This document shows, one piece after another, positions 1 through 11,400 of a stretch of 64,000 nucleotides of DNA (positions within the stretch are counted from its first letter, which is position 1; the number at the start of each line of letters is the position of its first letter). The notes beneath the pieces were generated by a model. The model did no database searches. It was not told the DNA's origin and worked only from the letters and a program-made list of their open reading frames with translations. Origin of the DNA: Vermamoeba vermiformis (taxonomy: Eukaryota); assembly GCA_045837725.1 (NCBI GenBank), contig JBEWZL010000063.1, positions 1-64,000 on the forward strand, given 5' to 3'. Both the position numbers and the translations under genes were made by a program.

Positions 1-109
1 CTCATGTAAAACTTTTCCATTACTAACTCAGTTTTTTTGATTGGAATGAAAATACATGATATTAGGAGCCTAACAAAGCAAATCACCATCACTTCTGTTA
101 AGTACTCCT

Positions 110-325
110 TGGGCACATGCTGGGCACCTAGGATTCCGTATGGAGAGGGTACCCTCACCACCCACTCTGTCAGCCATTGGAATTCAAGATGCTCAGAATC
201 CTAGGTGTTTAAAATAGTAGGAAGCCAGTCATGGAATCCTAGGTGCCCAACAGGGTGCCCTCTCCTTATGGAATTCTAGGTGCAAAGGCAGGTAATACAA
301 AGTGCCTGGAATCCAAAGTGCCCAA
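110..325. repeat. Cluster of inverted/direct GGAATCCTAGGTGCCCAA-like motifs (possible decayed transposon end)
   Basis: 121-155 tgggcacctaggattccgtatggagagggtaccct is an imperfect reverse complement of 262-296. Further motif copies at ~196, 233, 279 and 307. Confidence 0.7.
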
Positions 326-789
326 AATCATAGCTGTCCAGCCTTGCTTAATGCAAAATTTCATTTGATTTCATTTGATTGCAGTCAATTGCATTCGATT
401 GAACTTCAGCTCCAGTGGCCTGGACAAGCACCACCAGCATCCTTCTTGTATCATTTGAGTTTGGCCATTATATTTACATCCTATACTGATAGTACATACT
501 ATAGGGACATCTTATATTGCATGTTTCATCAAAATTTTAGCAGATCCAGTGAAAAAACTCCATGAATTGCAAATTTTGAATATGCACATATGATTTAAGA
601 TTACCCATTATTATAGTGCTTAAAGTTTAATCATCTTTAAGCAGTAGTGCATCCTTTCAAGTAAGTTTAACAATTGTAGCTAATAATATTAGCTGGATCC
701 ATCAATAAAAAATTCAAACTAACTGATAGAGGAAGTTATTATTTCAAAACAACAAGATTATGTATGCCATTTGCTAAAAATGACCATTT

Positions 790-1030
790 AGAAGGTTATC
801 TTAATCCTACCTGAAACTTTCTTGCTAAATTCTAATTTAGGAAATAATGATTCATGAACATCTACAATTCATGAATAAATTCAGGTAAATTTGTGTGGAC
901 ATGGATGAACTTGCTACCAGTAGCCAAATTTTCTTGTTTTCAACAGCCCTGGTGGACCTGCTAGCAGGTGCCAAGTTTTCCTGTTTTTGACAGCCCTGGT
1001 AAACCTGCTAGCAGGTGCTAAGTTTTCCTT
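790..1030 (+). repeat. Dispersed direct repeat copy 1, ending in ~2.3 units of a 47-bp tandem repeat
   Basis: agaaggtt...tcctacctgaaa...aaattctaatttaggaaataatgattcatgaac... matches 2083-2370. Units start at 923, 970 and 1017 and contain the palindrome ACCTGCTAGCAGGT. Confidence 0.9.
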
Positions 1031-2082
1031 GCTTTCAATAGTGTGGTAAGTGAACAGTTTTGATATTTCACATGTAAATGAAGGATTCTTTTTTTTTATG
1101 GAAGACCATCTAGTACTCAGATCAGCCACTGAAATGTTAGTGGGTGTTTTAGCACTAAAACATGTTTTCTATGCTACTCTGCAATTATGCCTAAGCACAT
1201 AACTATGAATATGACCCGAATCAGGAAGTTTTGAAATTTAATAGTCAAGCAACTATATTCAAAACATTTATTAAAGAATCCAAATTAGAATTTTAAAATT
1301 AAACTAATTGTGATAGTAGAACATCAGTTTGAGTTGAAATTTAAGTCAAAAGCAGCTGTAGTAAGCCAATCTCATTAATTATCCAAAAAGGAAAGCCAAG
1401 GAATCTGGTCATAGTACAGTTACACTTTGGTGCTTGATGCAACTTGCTGGTTCCCCTAGTGACAATGTATGTTGGATCCATCAATAAAATATTCAAACCA
1501 GAGTATACTGCTGTCACATTAATTTTGTCACTTGAAGCCATCACAGCTAAATTATTGCTATCTCAGCAGATCTACAGCCATCACGGCACCAGATCAAAAA
1601 TCAAACTTCCTGTAGTCCCAAAATGAATGTTTTTCATATAATAAGCAATGAATATTAATGTTTGTGCACAATGGTGTTGTAATCTGCTTTTGGAGATTTT
1701 GCTGGTCTCAGATCGCCCAATCTAAATTTGAACTGAATTGTTAGCTTGAAAATTAATATATACACATTACAAATATGTAAATGTACTCATATCAATAATA
1801 TTTATAGGCTAAAACAAATATTTTGAATGAGTTCAAAGGCAAATCTAATTTAAAAAATATTTAAATTATTTACCTTGTATGTATGAGCTTTTGTACTTTA
1901 AGGACATCATAAAATATATTGTCTGTAATAATTATGGCTTGCAATTGATTGCAGCCAGCAAATTTCCCCAAATCTGTAGCAGATGTATTACTGTAGGGCT
2001 CCAAATCTGATCTGCCATACATTTAGTATAAACACTCATATGTTGGCTTCTGTTGACATTGTTGCATAAAATTAGTTATTTG

Positions 2083-2370
2083 AGAAGGTTGACATACTCC
2101 TACCTGAAAGTTTCTTGCTACAATCAAATTCTAATTTAGGAAATAATGATTCATGAACATTTACAATTCATGAATAAATTCAGGAAAATTTGTGTGGACA
2201 TGGGTGAACTTGCTAGCAGAGCCAAATTTGCCTGTTTTCAACAGCCCTGGTGGACCTGCTAGCAGGTGCCAAATTTTCCTGTTTTTGACAGCCCTGGTAG
2301 ACCTGCTAGCAGGTGCCAAATTTTCTTGTTTTCAACAGCCCTGGTAAACCTGCTAGCAGGTGCCAAATTC
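2083..2370 (+). repeat. Dispersed direct repeat copy 2, with 3 full units of the 47-bp tandem repeat
   Basis: Units start at 2221, 2268 and 2315 (partial at 2362): gccaaattttcYtgttttYRacagccctggtRRacctgctagcaggt. Confidence 0.9.
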
Positions 2371-2706
2371 AGTACATTAGTACAAGACCTACAGGCACTT
2401 GTGTAATAGAATGAGACAATTGAAGCAGGGTTTTCCTTGATACTATTATTATAGGCTCCTTCTAGGACTCCTGAAAAACAAAAATAATCTTAACAAAATT
2501 TCTAATAAGTAATAAGAAACTGGTTCTAGAGCAAGGCAACTCTACCCTTCAATTGCTATGCTCTTAGGCCTTCTCTTTTGCTTTAAAATTTATCATTACC
2601 ATAAAAGGAAAAAAGGCCAAAAGCGTCCCCACCCACATTAAATAAACAAGATGTTTGGAGTAGCCTGTATACTGGGAAATTGGTACCTTAGTTGATAACT
2701 GACCTT

Positions 2707-3221
2707 CCTCAATGAATGCGTTTGCATCACAGTCTACAAGGACATGACTGGGCATGGCTATGGCAAGCTGAAGAAGGAGATCTCACTTTTACATACCTTG
2801 TCTGAGAAGTCCATAAGAACCAACACTAGGTGAATTTGAGAAGTCAGTGGGGGCAAGAACAGTTAGTACTTGGTATGAAGGAGGATTGGGAGAAGGAAAA
2901 GAAGCTCATGGAAAAGAATCCAGATCTTCATCTGCTCAAATTTGCGGAGCCAGCTTCAAGTGGTGCTTTTGAAACTCTTGTACTTGCCAGGTGTCAATCC
3001 ATTTTGCAAACTTTTTGACAGCAATTGAAGATCAACAATAAGATGTCCTTGGATATCTGATTCTTTTTCTTCTCAACACATGAATTGGCAACATTTCCAA
3101 AGCTGAAAGCTTACACTAAAAAGCAGTGAAAGATGCAAAGCTGAACAATGTTCAGCTGACTGCCTCTACAACTAAATGTTCAAAGCTACTGTCAGGCATT
3201 ATGTGGAGTTTATTTAACTGA
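2707..3221 (+). pseudogene. Decayed protein-coding sequence of unknown family
   Basis: One frame, which includes ORF 2830-3018, reads protein-like but is broken by TGA at 2713, 2803, 3016 and 3058 and TAG at 2827. A probable frameshift in the A-run at ~3118-3122 gives an open tail KAVKDAKLNN...WSLFN* ending at 3221. Confidence 0.55.
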
Positions 3222-3223
3222 TA

Positions 3224-4832
3224 TTACATCCGCTTGAATTGAAGGTAAACTTTGAGTTCCAGGGAATTCATTTTGAACCAGGCATATTGATGTTGTGGAA
3301 AATCAAAATTTCTTTTTGCTTTGGCTAATGGAAATATTAACTCATTTGTGCCTGCTTTCAGAATCAAGTTTTCAGACTCTGGATCAGTTACATTTCTATT
3401 AGGAAAGTTAGCCTTGACGGAATATGATGATTAAATGTTTTGTAGCACTTACATCCTAAACGCTTCGTTCCAGCTCGGGTTCGTCGGAGATTTTCCTTTG
3501 CCCGTTTTAAATATTTCACGAGTTGTTCCGCGCGACTGGATGCCTATCGTCACCACAGGCTTTTCGCCCAAATTGAAATTTCTGCCTTCAACGACTATCA
3601 AATGGCAATGTTATTAAATACGTTTGTCTAATTCAGCTTCAAATATACTTTGCAATCTGACCACGTCACCGCTCTTTAGCTTTTCCATTTTCGGAACTTT
3701 GCTTGGTGTTGGAGGGAACTCCGTCAAATTCTGCACCACTGTCGCAGTTGGTTGATTCGTTGACGTACTATAACTACTATTGAACGACGAGGGACTTGGC
3801 GTTGTAGTAGCGTTCACGCTCGTCGTGTTAGAGCTACTTGAAAAATTGCTTGAAGACGAATTGTTATTAGGCGAGCTGTACTGAGTGTTGCTGTAAGGGC
3901 TCATTGAATATGATGGCGTAGTTGGTTGAATGACCGGCTGAGGAACGGGCTGAGGTTTTCGATCAACAACTGCTCTCGTCGTATCATTCCATTGAGATCT
4001 CGGCGTGACAGGTACTATCTCTGAATTTGGACTCGCATTCTGTCGGGGTGAAAGCGGCAAGGCCTTGGTAACGCTATACTGTGAGGTCTGTGTGGTCTCT
4101 GGACTTGGACTCGCATTCTGTCGGGGTGAAAGTGGCAAGGCCTTGGTAACACTATACTGTGCGGTAACATTGGGCGCAGCTTCGTAGGTTGAACTTGACG
4201 GGGCAGCAGAGGCAGTAGGCAACGGCCGATTTAAAGTTGGTAATGGCTTGGTAATTGTTGGCTGAGGTATTGAAGGTACATTGTTGCTGGAATTAATGGA
4301 TGGTACTTGCGGCATTGGGCGTGCTGAAAAATTATTGCGTGGCGAAACCGGATTCGCGTTGGTGGAAGAAGAATTCTCTTGAATAGCCCCTCGCGATCCC
4401 ATTAGTGCCAGCCAAGCCTCTTCCAGTACCATGCAGGGCCAAACAATGTTGGGATGGTCGGGAGGGGGCCAATGCGGAATTGATACTGCGGAGCAAAAAT
4501 AAATTTCTAAAATTGAAAACGGAAATAAATTAAATAAAAATGCCCACGTTATTATATAGCAGACCAAGGAAATTAATATTAATATATTAAAGAAATTTGG
4601 TTTTGTTTGTACCAGTAACTTGCGGGATTGGGATCGGTCGTTTCGGTGGTGCAACAGGCTCCTTAATTAGTTCAACATAACTAGCTGGGAACCATCCGCT
4701 CCTATTTCCAACCCTGCCTTTCCACCATTCCTCGTTGGATGTGTCCGAAACTTCGATGATCTCTTCTTCATAAATCGTCATCTGCGTTTCGTCTGCAGCA
4801 TCGTATTGATACAATACTTTCGCGCGCTTCAT
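3224..4832 (-). CDS. SH3 domain + proline/serine-rich linker + C-terminal C2 domain protein (spliced)
   Basis: Exon 1 AKVLYQYDAADETQMTIYEEEIIEV...EEWWKGRVGNRSGWFPASYVE is an SH3. Splicing at ~3647/3595 and ~3452/3397 yields VVRLQIVEGRNF...KTGKGKSPTNPSWNEAFRINVTDPESENLILK...AWFKMNSLELKVYLQFK, which is C2-like. TAA at 3224-3226. Confidence 0.8.
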
Positions 4833-5421
4833 GTTGTATTACAACGCCAGGAAGAAACAGAAAACGAAAACTTGTACCGTTGGGAATTTCTACCGATGTT
4901 CGGGCCATAGACTTCTAAAAAATCGACATTAGCAATAAGCGATGAGATGTCAACTGACACGTAAATTAATAATAAGGCTTTTGGTAAACACAATCATTTT
5001 ATAACTCTACTCTGACACGATTTAGTCGGGAGTTGATCCGATTTGTCGCCAAAATCTTAAATTATTCTTATTTCATCTCGCAAAATTCAAAAAAAATAGA
5101 AAAACGGCGTAACTTACGTTTTAGAGGCAGCAGTAAGGTTTAGTATCAATTAGATCGTCACTTCTACATTGGATCATGTTGCTCAGGTTTTCGCAACGAT
5201 TATCCGTTTACTTCGGTTCATTAATGTTCACTTTCGCCAATATTGAATGCAGAGCCTCATCGTGGAAGCCCTTGGTGTTTGATCAGAATTTGATTGAATT
5301 TCGACCTTCCTGTTTTTATGGGCTGACGTTGCGACGTCGAAAAACAAATCTTATTTATTTATTGTAAATTAACACAACACGGAGTGCATTGATTAATTTT
5401 GTTTCTACGACTCGCCAGTAA

Positions 5422-8400
5422 ATGGCTTTCCTAAAGAATCTAGCGTCATCCGTTCTAAATAGTTTGCTTAGCAACTATTTCGAGAGCTTCGAGAACAAAG
5501 TCGTTAGCTTTTCATTAGGTGGTGAGCTAGAATTAACAGAGCTTGTAATTAAGAGGAATATTTTGGATAATCTCCGTTTGCCTTTAAAAATCAAATTTGG
5601 CTCTGTTGGACGATTAAAGCTCGTTGGTACGTAGCATTATTATTACTTGATTATTTTGATAATTTTAACTAAATATACAAATATTTGGCAGTACCATGGA
5701 CCGATCTGTCAAAAAAACCAACGACTGTCATGCTAGACGACGTATACTTGATTGCAGAATCGAATACAAATACCAAGGTAATTTATAAATAATTATAGCG
5801 CGAGTATTCCTAAAATTCCTATCCATCTTTAGTACGATCCTGCTGAGGAGGAAAATCGCCTGCAACAATTAAAGATATCGAAATTAAAAATGTTCGAAAT
5901 GCTGCAAGAATCCAAAAAGCAAGAAGGTAAGTCGTTGCGTAGCCATAAGCACGTTCTAATCAGATCTACAAGGCGGAGAGAACAAAAAGGAAGACAACTC
6001 GTTCGGAAAACGGCTTGCAACAACAGTTGTCGATAATTTACAATTGTATATTAACCGAGTTCACGTTCGATTCGAAGAAACGCAAAATCGAGTAAGTCTA
6101 GCCACTGCCCTCATTCTTGAAAACTCAATTAAAAAACTTTCCAGATCCCGTTCTCCGTTGGTTTAACGATCGAAAGCTTATACGGCCAAAGTACCGATCA
6201 AAATTATAAGCCTGCAATTTTACCCGGAGCAACAACGACGTTCAAGGTAAACTAAGGCTTTGATTTTATGTGGATTTATCATCTAATTATTCCGTTCAAG
6301 CTCGTTACGCTGCAAAATCTTGCCATTTATTTCAATATGGGAGATTCTCCGTTGCAATTTAAGACGGTAAAAGAAGCATATCAAGTGATGGAATCTTTGG
6401 TAAGCAGATTCGAGAAATGTAAAAGTGCGATCTAACAACCTTCCTTTAGATCTATAAAAGCGATAACTTGCCAAAGCACAACTTCATTTTAAAGCCAATG
6501 AGTATCGGCGTTAAATTGGTCCTTAACAAACAAGCGAACAGCGAGAACAAGTTGCCAAAAGCAACGGCGCATCTATTGACCGAGAGCATCTTTTTGCGCG
6601 TGAATAAGGACCAGTTCGGTGCAGCACTGGCAACCGCGAATAGATTTTCAAGTCTAACGCTCGGTGCAAAGGTACGTAGCGTTGGATCAACCCGTGGGTA
6701 GTGATTTAATTAATTGTTTGAACAGTACCTCAAGTATCGACCGCAAGTGCCTGTCAAAGAAAAACCTGCAGTGTGGTGGGGCTTTGCACGTAAGTAACTG
6801 AATTGTATCCGAGAAGAGTGCTAATTCGTGCAGTTAACTCGGTCATGGACGATCTGAACCAAAAGCGCAATCAATACCGTTGGAGCACCATCAAACAACG
6901 ACGCGATGATCGACTCCTTTACGTAGATCTATTCCAACAGATAAGACTCGGCAAGGTACTTTGGTGCTACTCTAATTTGTGTTGCTAACAATGTTCGCAG
7001 AAACTTACACCTGAAAACGACCTCAAACTTAAGGCTTTGGAAAAGCGACTGACCTACGAAGATATTATTTAGTACGTGTGCTTAGTCACAATATTACCAT
7101 TTTCTAACGCTCCTATAGTTTCCGCTCACTGGCCGAAATCAAGTCGCGACAATACAAAAAGGTCGAAGAACAGCAACAAGGCAAGCAATCAAAGATCGGA
7201 GGCTTCTTCTCGGGACTCTTCGAGAAAAAAGAAGAGAAAGAACAAAAACAAAAGAAGATTATGGAAGAAGTGTTGAAGGTCCAATTCACCGAACAAGACG
7301 CGCAAGAAGTATACCGTGCCCTCGAGCTTAGTGAATCAGTCGACACCGGGCCAAGCAATCCTGAGGTACGAGCACATCTACTACTCATATCAACGATATC
7401 TAACTACTGTGTAGTGGATCCAATATCAGGTTGGTGCAACTTTGCAACTGGCATCCATCGTGCTGGGCGACGAAACAGGTCCTGTGGCAAACATGGTGCT
7501 CGAGAAGTTCGTGCTGGGACTCGACCTCCGTGACAAGTGGCAAACGTTCCGCACGGAGCTAGACTCGCTGATGGTCATGGATAACACCTCCCAACAGAGC
7601 CTATTCCCGAATATCGTTCGACCGGTGATGACCGACACGAAGTTGTGGACTATGAGAGTGGATACGAACCCTCACAACGTGCCCAATGTTGATATAGGCA
7701 TTGAGATGATTGCAAAGCCTCTGAATATAGTCATGAACGGTGGGTTCATCAGTCGCATCATCAAGATCTTCAGCGCTCCTGTCGGTGAACAAATCAAATC
7801 AAGCCTCACATCGAACCTCAATCCAAATCAACTTAAATTCTTATTGGAAAACAAAAAGAATATCGCGATGAGGATTGACTTGCAAGCGCCTAACATCCTG
7901 GTTCCTCAGAGCTTCGACAAGCCAAACGCACCCATGCTTGTGGTTGATTTGGGTAAATTGAATATAGGAACCGTCTTGGCAATGAAGAACACCCAGGGTA
8001 AAGACGAAGATTTAACTGCCTCGGCGTACGACTCGCTGGAAATCTACTTGAGCAAACTGCAGATCTGCTTAACGACTGCGGACAAGCAAGCGGACGTTCA
8101 TTTGTTAAAGGCGGAGATGATCAAACTCATCGATCCGTTCACCGTGGACTTGACTTTACAGCTCTCCAAGCTACCAGATGTCGAAACACTGAGCAAGGTC
8201 AAGTAAGTCAAGTTATTTTTTACATTTCGGACCGAAATCTAATCGTCGTCAGATTGCGCGGTAAAATGCCTTCATTGAAGGTGAACGTTTCACCAAATAG
8301 CCTGCGTAGCTTCATTCAAATTCTTCAATCGTTGCTGGCTCAAATCAACGCGATGACTGCCTCAGATGGTCCTAAATTCCCTGACGCCAATGATAAGCAA

Positions 8401-11400
8401 GTGATTGGTGGCGATGCCTTTGCTCGTGAAGTGATGATGCAAGCAATGGAACAAAAGAAATCCAACGTTAAATTGTTCGAAGGAGACTTCACCATTGCAG
8501 AAGCTATTATCTCGTTGATGAAAACAGACACGGAGCCTTTACTTCGAGTCAACTTCAAAGGCTTTGAGGGCACAGTGAACGTACAATCCCTGGAAGTCAG
8601 TGTCAAAGCTAAGTTGCACGGCCTGATAATTGAAGATTTGCTGCAAAAGTATGGCCCGCGTGGAGCGAACTTGGCATCATCGCTATCCGATGCAGACCCA
8701 AGCAATGACTTAGTGAACTTCAGCTTCGTCACAACGAACCGCGAAGCGCCCCAATACAATAACATTGACTCGTTCATGTTGTTGGAGTTCAACACGCTGA
8801 AGTTCATATTCAATCCCGTCACGATGATCACCACAATCAACTTGATATTGCAACAACTTCAACCGATGAACCAGGCGCAGCAACAGCAACCCATTGTCGA
8901 AGAGATCAAGCCAGAAGGCTCGCATGCCGTTCTCAAGCCTGTAACGCAAGAGGAACTCACCTTCAAGCGTCGTGGAGCCCATCGAACCACGTTTAAAATG
9001 AACGTCAAAATGAACTCCTTGCAGCTGATGCTAAACGAAGAACAACCTCTAGCTGAAGCGAGTTTGGGAGGCTCTAGTGCTGAGATCCTCGTCAACGAAG
9101 CTGGTGAAGTCAAAATACACGGCAGACTGGGAGCTCTTGCGCTCTCCGACTCGCGTGCCAAAGAACGATTCAGGCACGTGCTTAAGGTGGACGGCGAACA
9201 CTTGGTAGACTTCAAGTTCCAAATTGACCGCTCTGACCGCTTCGCAAACACCGACGAACTCTCGCTCAATATCGATATGAACACGTTGCGCGTCCTGTAC
9301 TCGCACAAGTTTATTATGGACATTGCGAACTACTTTGTTGACTTCGCGGACCTGATGAACAAGTTCAATCAGAAAGATCAGCCCGAGGTCAAACCAGCAA
9401 ACGCCAAGAATTCAAGTAAGCGATTTCATTGTCACTGTAAGCAAATACTAACCGCGCCTAGTTTTTACGTTCCACGTTGCAGCTCAGAACATATTCGTTG
9501 TCGGCTCGTCACTTGACCCTTCAGCAACGCAAGCGCTTATCATCGAGCTTGGTCAGATTAACGTTGGCAACAATTTTTCCGCGTTGCCCGAGCCTGAAAC
9601 TGGCTTCCGTGACAAGCTGGAAGTTTCAATCAAAGGAATGAATGCACGCAGTGGTGATCTCACCTCGGAGGACTGGAGAGCGCAAGATTTGTCTCCGCGC
9701 AAAGCAAACAATGAAGACAAGCTGCTGCAAGATCTAACGCTAGCACTGTTTATTGAAAGACCGTTGTTCGTCAATCCACTCGCGTATCAAGGTCCTACAT
9801 TGACCCTAACTGCGAACATTCCCGAGATCAGCCTGAACTTGTCCACCAACTTGGCCTATCTGCTACTTGGTCTATTAAGAGGAAATATCTTCTACGAGCC
9901 CAGTGCGAAAGAAAGTAAGTGTACTCCGTCATTCGAACCCGTGAACTAACCTTTGGCAAGTTGAAAAATGGAAGGCCGAACAGAGGAAGAAGCTCGCTCT
10001 GGAACAAGCTAATCCTGTGAGTACTACTGATCTTGTTGTTACAAAGCTAACAAACTTTCAGTCACCCGCCGTTTCCCCTGTTGCATCGCCGAATGTGCCC
10101 GCCAAGAAGGATAGAAGACCCACCACGAAGATTGCCTTTATTATTCCCAAACTATCTATCAAGCTGGCCCACAGCAATCCCGCCGCAGAGAACGGCGTCG
10201 AACCGTTGCTGATGATGGACGCGATCAAGTTCAACTTCTCGTTGGATCAGTTTGACGACGACTCCAATGAGATATCTCTCGACTTGTTTGCACTGATGCT
10301 TCGCGACTTGAAGTCGAAGAACAAAGAACTGCACAGCGATTTTAAGACTTTCGTGCGTCCAAAAAACCAAAACGAAGGTCAATTCGGCATGAAGTTCTTA
10401 ACCAAAGACAGCGGTCACCAGGACTTGACCATCAAAGTCGACTCGTTCAACATCATCTTGATTCCAAAATTGATCAAGTCCTTAATCGTAAGTGCTACAG
10501 AACTTCCCATTCGTAGCTAACGAACCTATTTTAGCAATCCATCATGCCCGTCATTAATGAACTGACGAACACATTGGCAAAGAAAGACCAATCGCGAAAG
10601 CTGTTCTTGATGGAGGATGTCCGTGAGCAACGCTTGAATGAGCTTCGCAAGTCGAGGAAAATCGGCTTTGACATGTCCTTCATCGTTACTCGTCCTCAAG
10701 TATTCCTCATCGAAGATCTCACATCAGGAACCTCTCGCGCTGCCATTTTCACGGCAGATTTTGACGTCCGCTTCTTCATTTATGGCATGCAGCAGAAACT
10801 GAACGCCTACGCTAAGACTTTGCAAATGTTCAAAACGAATGCTCTGAGCAACTCCATTGAACTCTCCGCTGACAATCAATTCAACATTCTGAAGCCAGCT
10901 GACGTGATGCTGTTAATGGAGATTTCCCCAGAAGTATTCGACTTGCACGTTGAGCTCTCTCCACTCGACATCACACTGTCATACAGAGTAAGTCACAAGC
11001 ATTACAAAATATCTCTCTAACCACCAACAGGATTTTAAGTTGGGCTACAAATTAGCGGAGCCTTTCCTTCAAGTGGACGAGCAACCCGTCAAACCGCAGC
11101 TCGAGCCTCTTAACAACAATAACGAAGCATTCGTCAAGTCTCGCTCTTCACCACGCATGTCGCCCAAGTTCAATGCTGGATCTCATCGCGCAGAAGCCGA
11201 GAAGCCGCAAGTTCCTGTTCGGGATGAAAAAGTTGACTTGAGTCAAACGTCAATTCAACTGCACATTGTTGACGACGTGTCCGAAGCGGAGCCAGTCAGC
11301 TTGTTCCAGCTCAGCTTAACTAAAATTGATGCCTTCGTTGCTGCTTGGTCCACCAAGGTATGAAAGCGTTTATTCACAGCCGTGTAATATTAATTTCTAT

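Noticed and set aside
907-2370. 47-bp palindromic repeats as a CRISPR array
   Set aside because: Units are head-to-tail with no unique spacers, there are no cas genes, and the context is eukaryotic.
790-2370. Direct repeats as the LTR pair of a retrotransposon
   Set aside because: No TG...CA termini, primer-binding site, polypurine tract or gag/pol remnants recognised, and the interior is only ~1 kb.
2707-3237. TGA reassignment or selenocysteine read-through explaining the in-frame TGAs
   Set aside because: TGA is a normal stop elsewhere (e.g. POLD3), a TAG also interrupts the frame, and local CpG loss explains the pattern. The TGAs after 3120 are probably simply off-frame.
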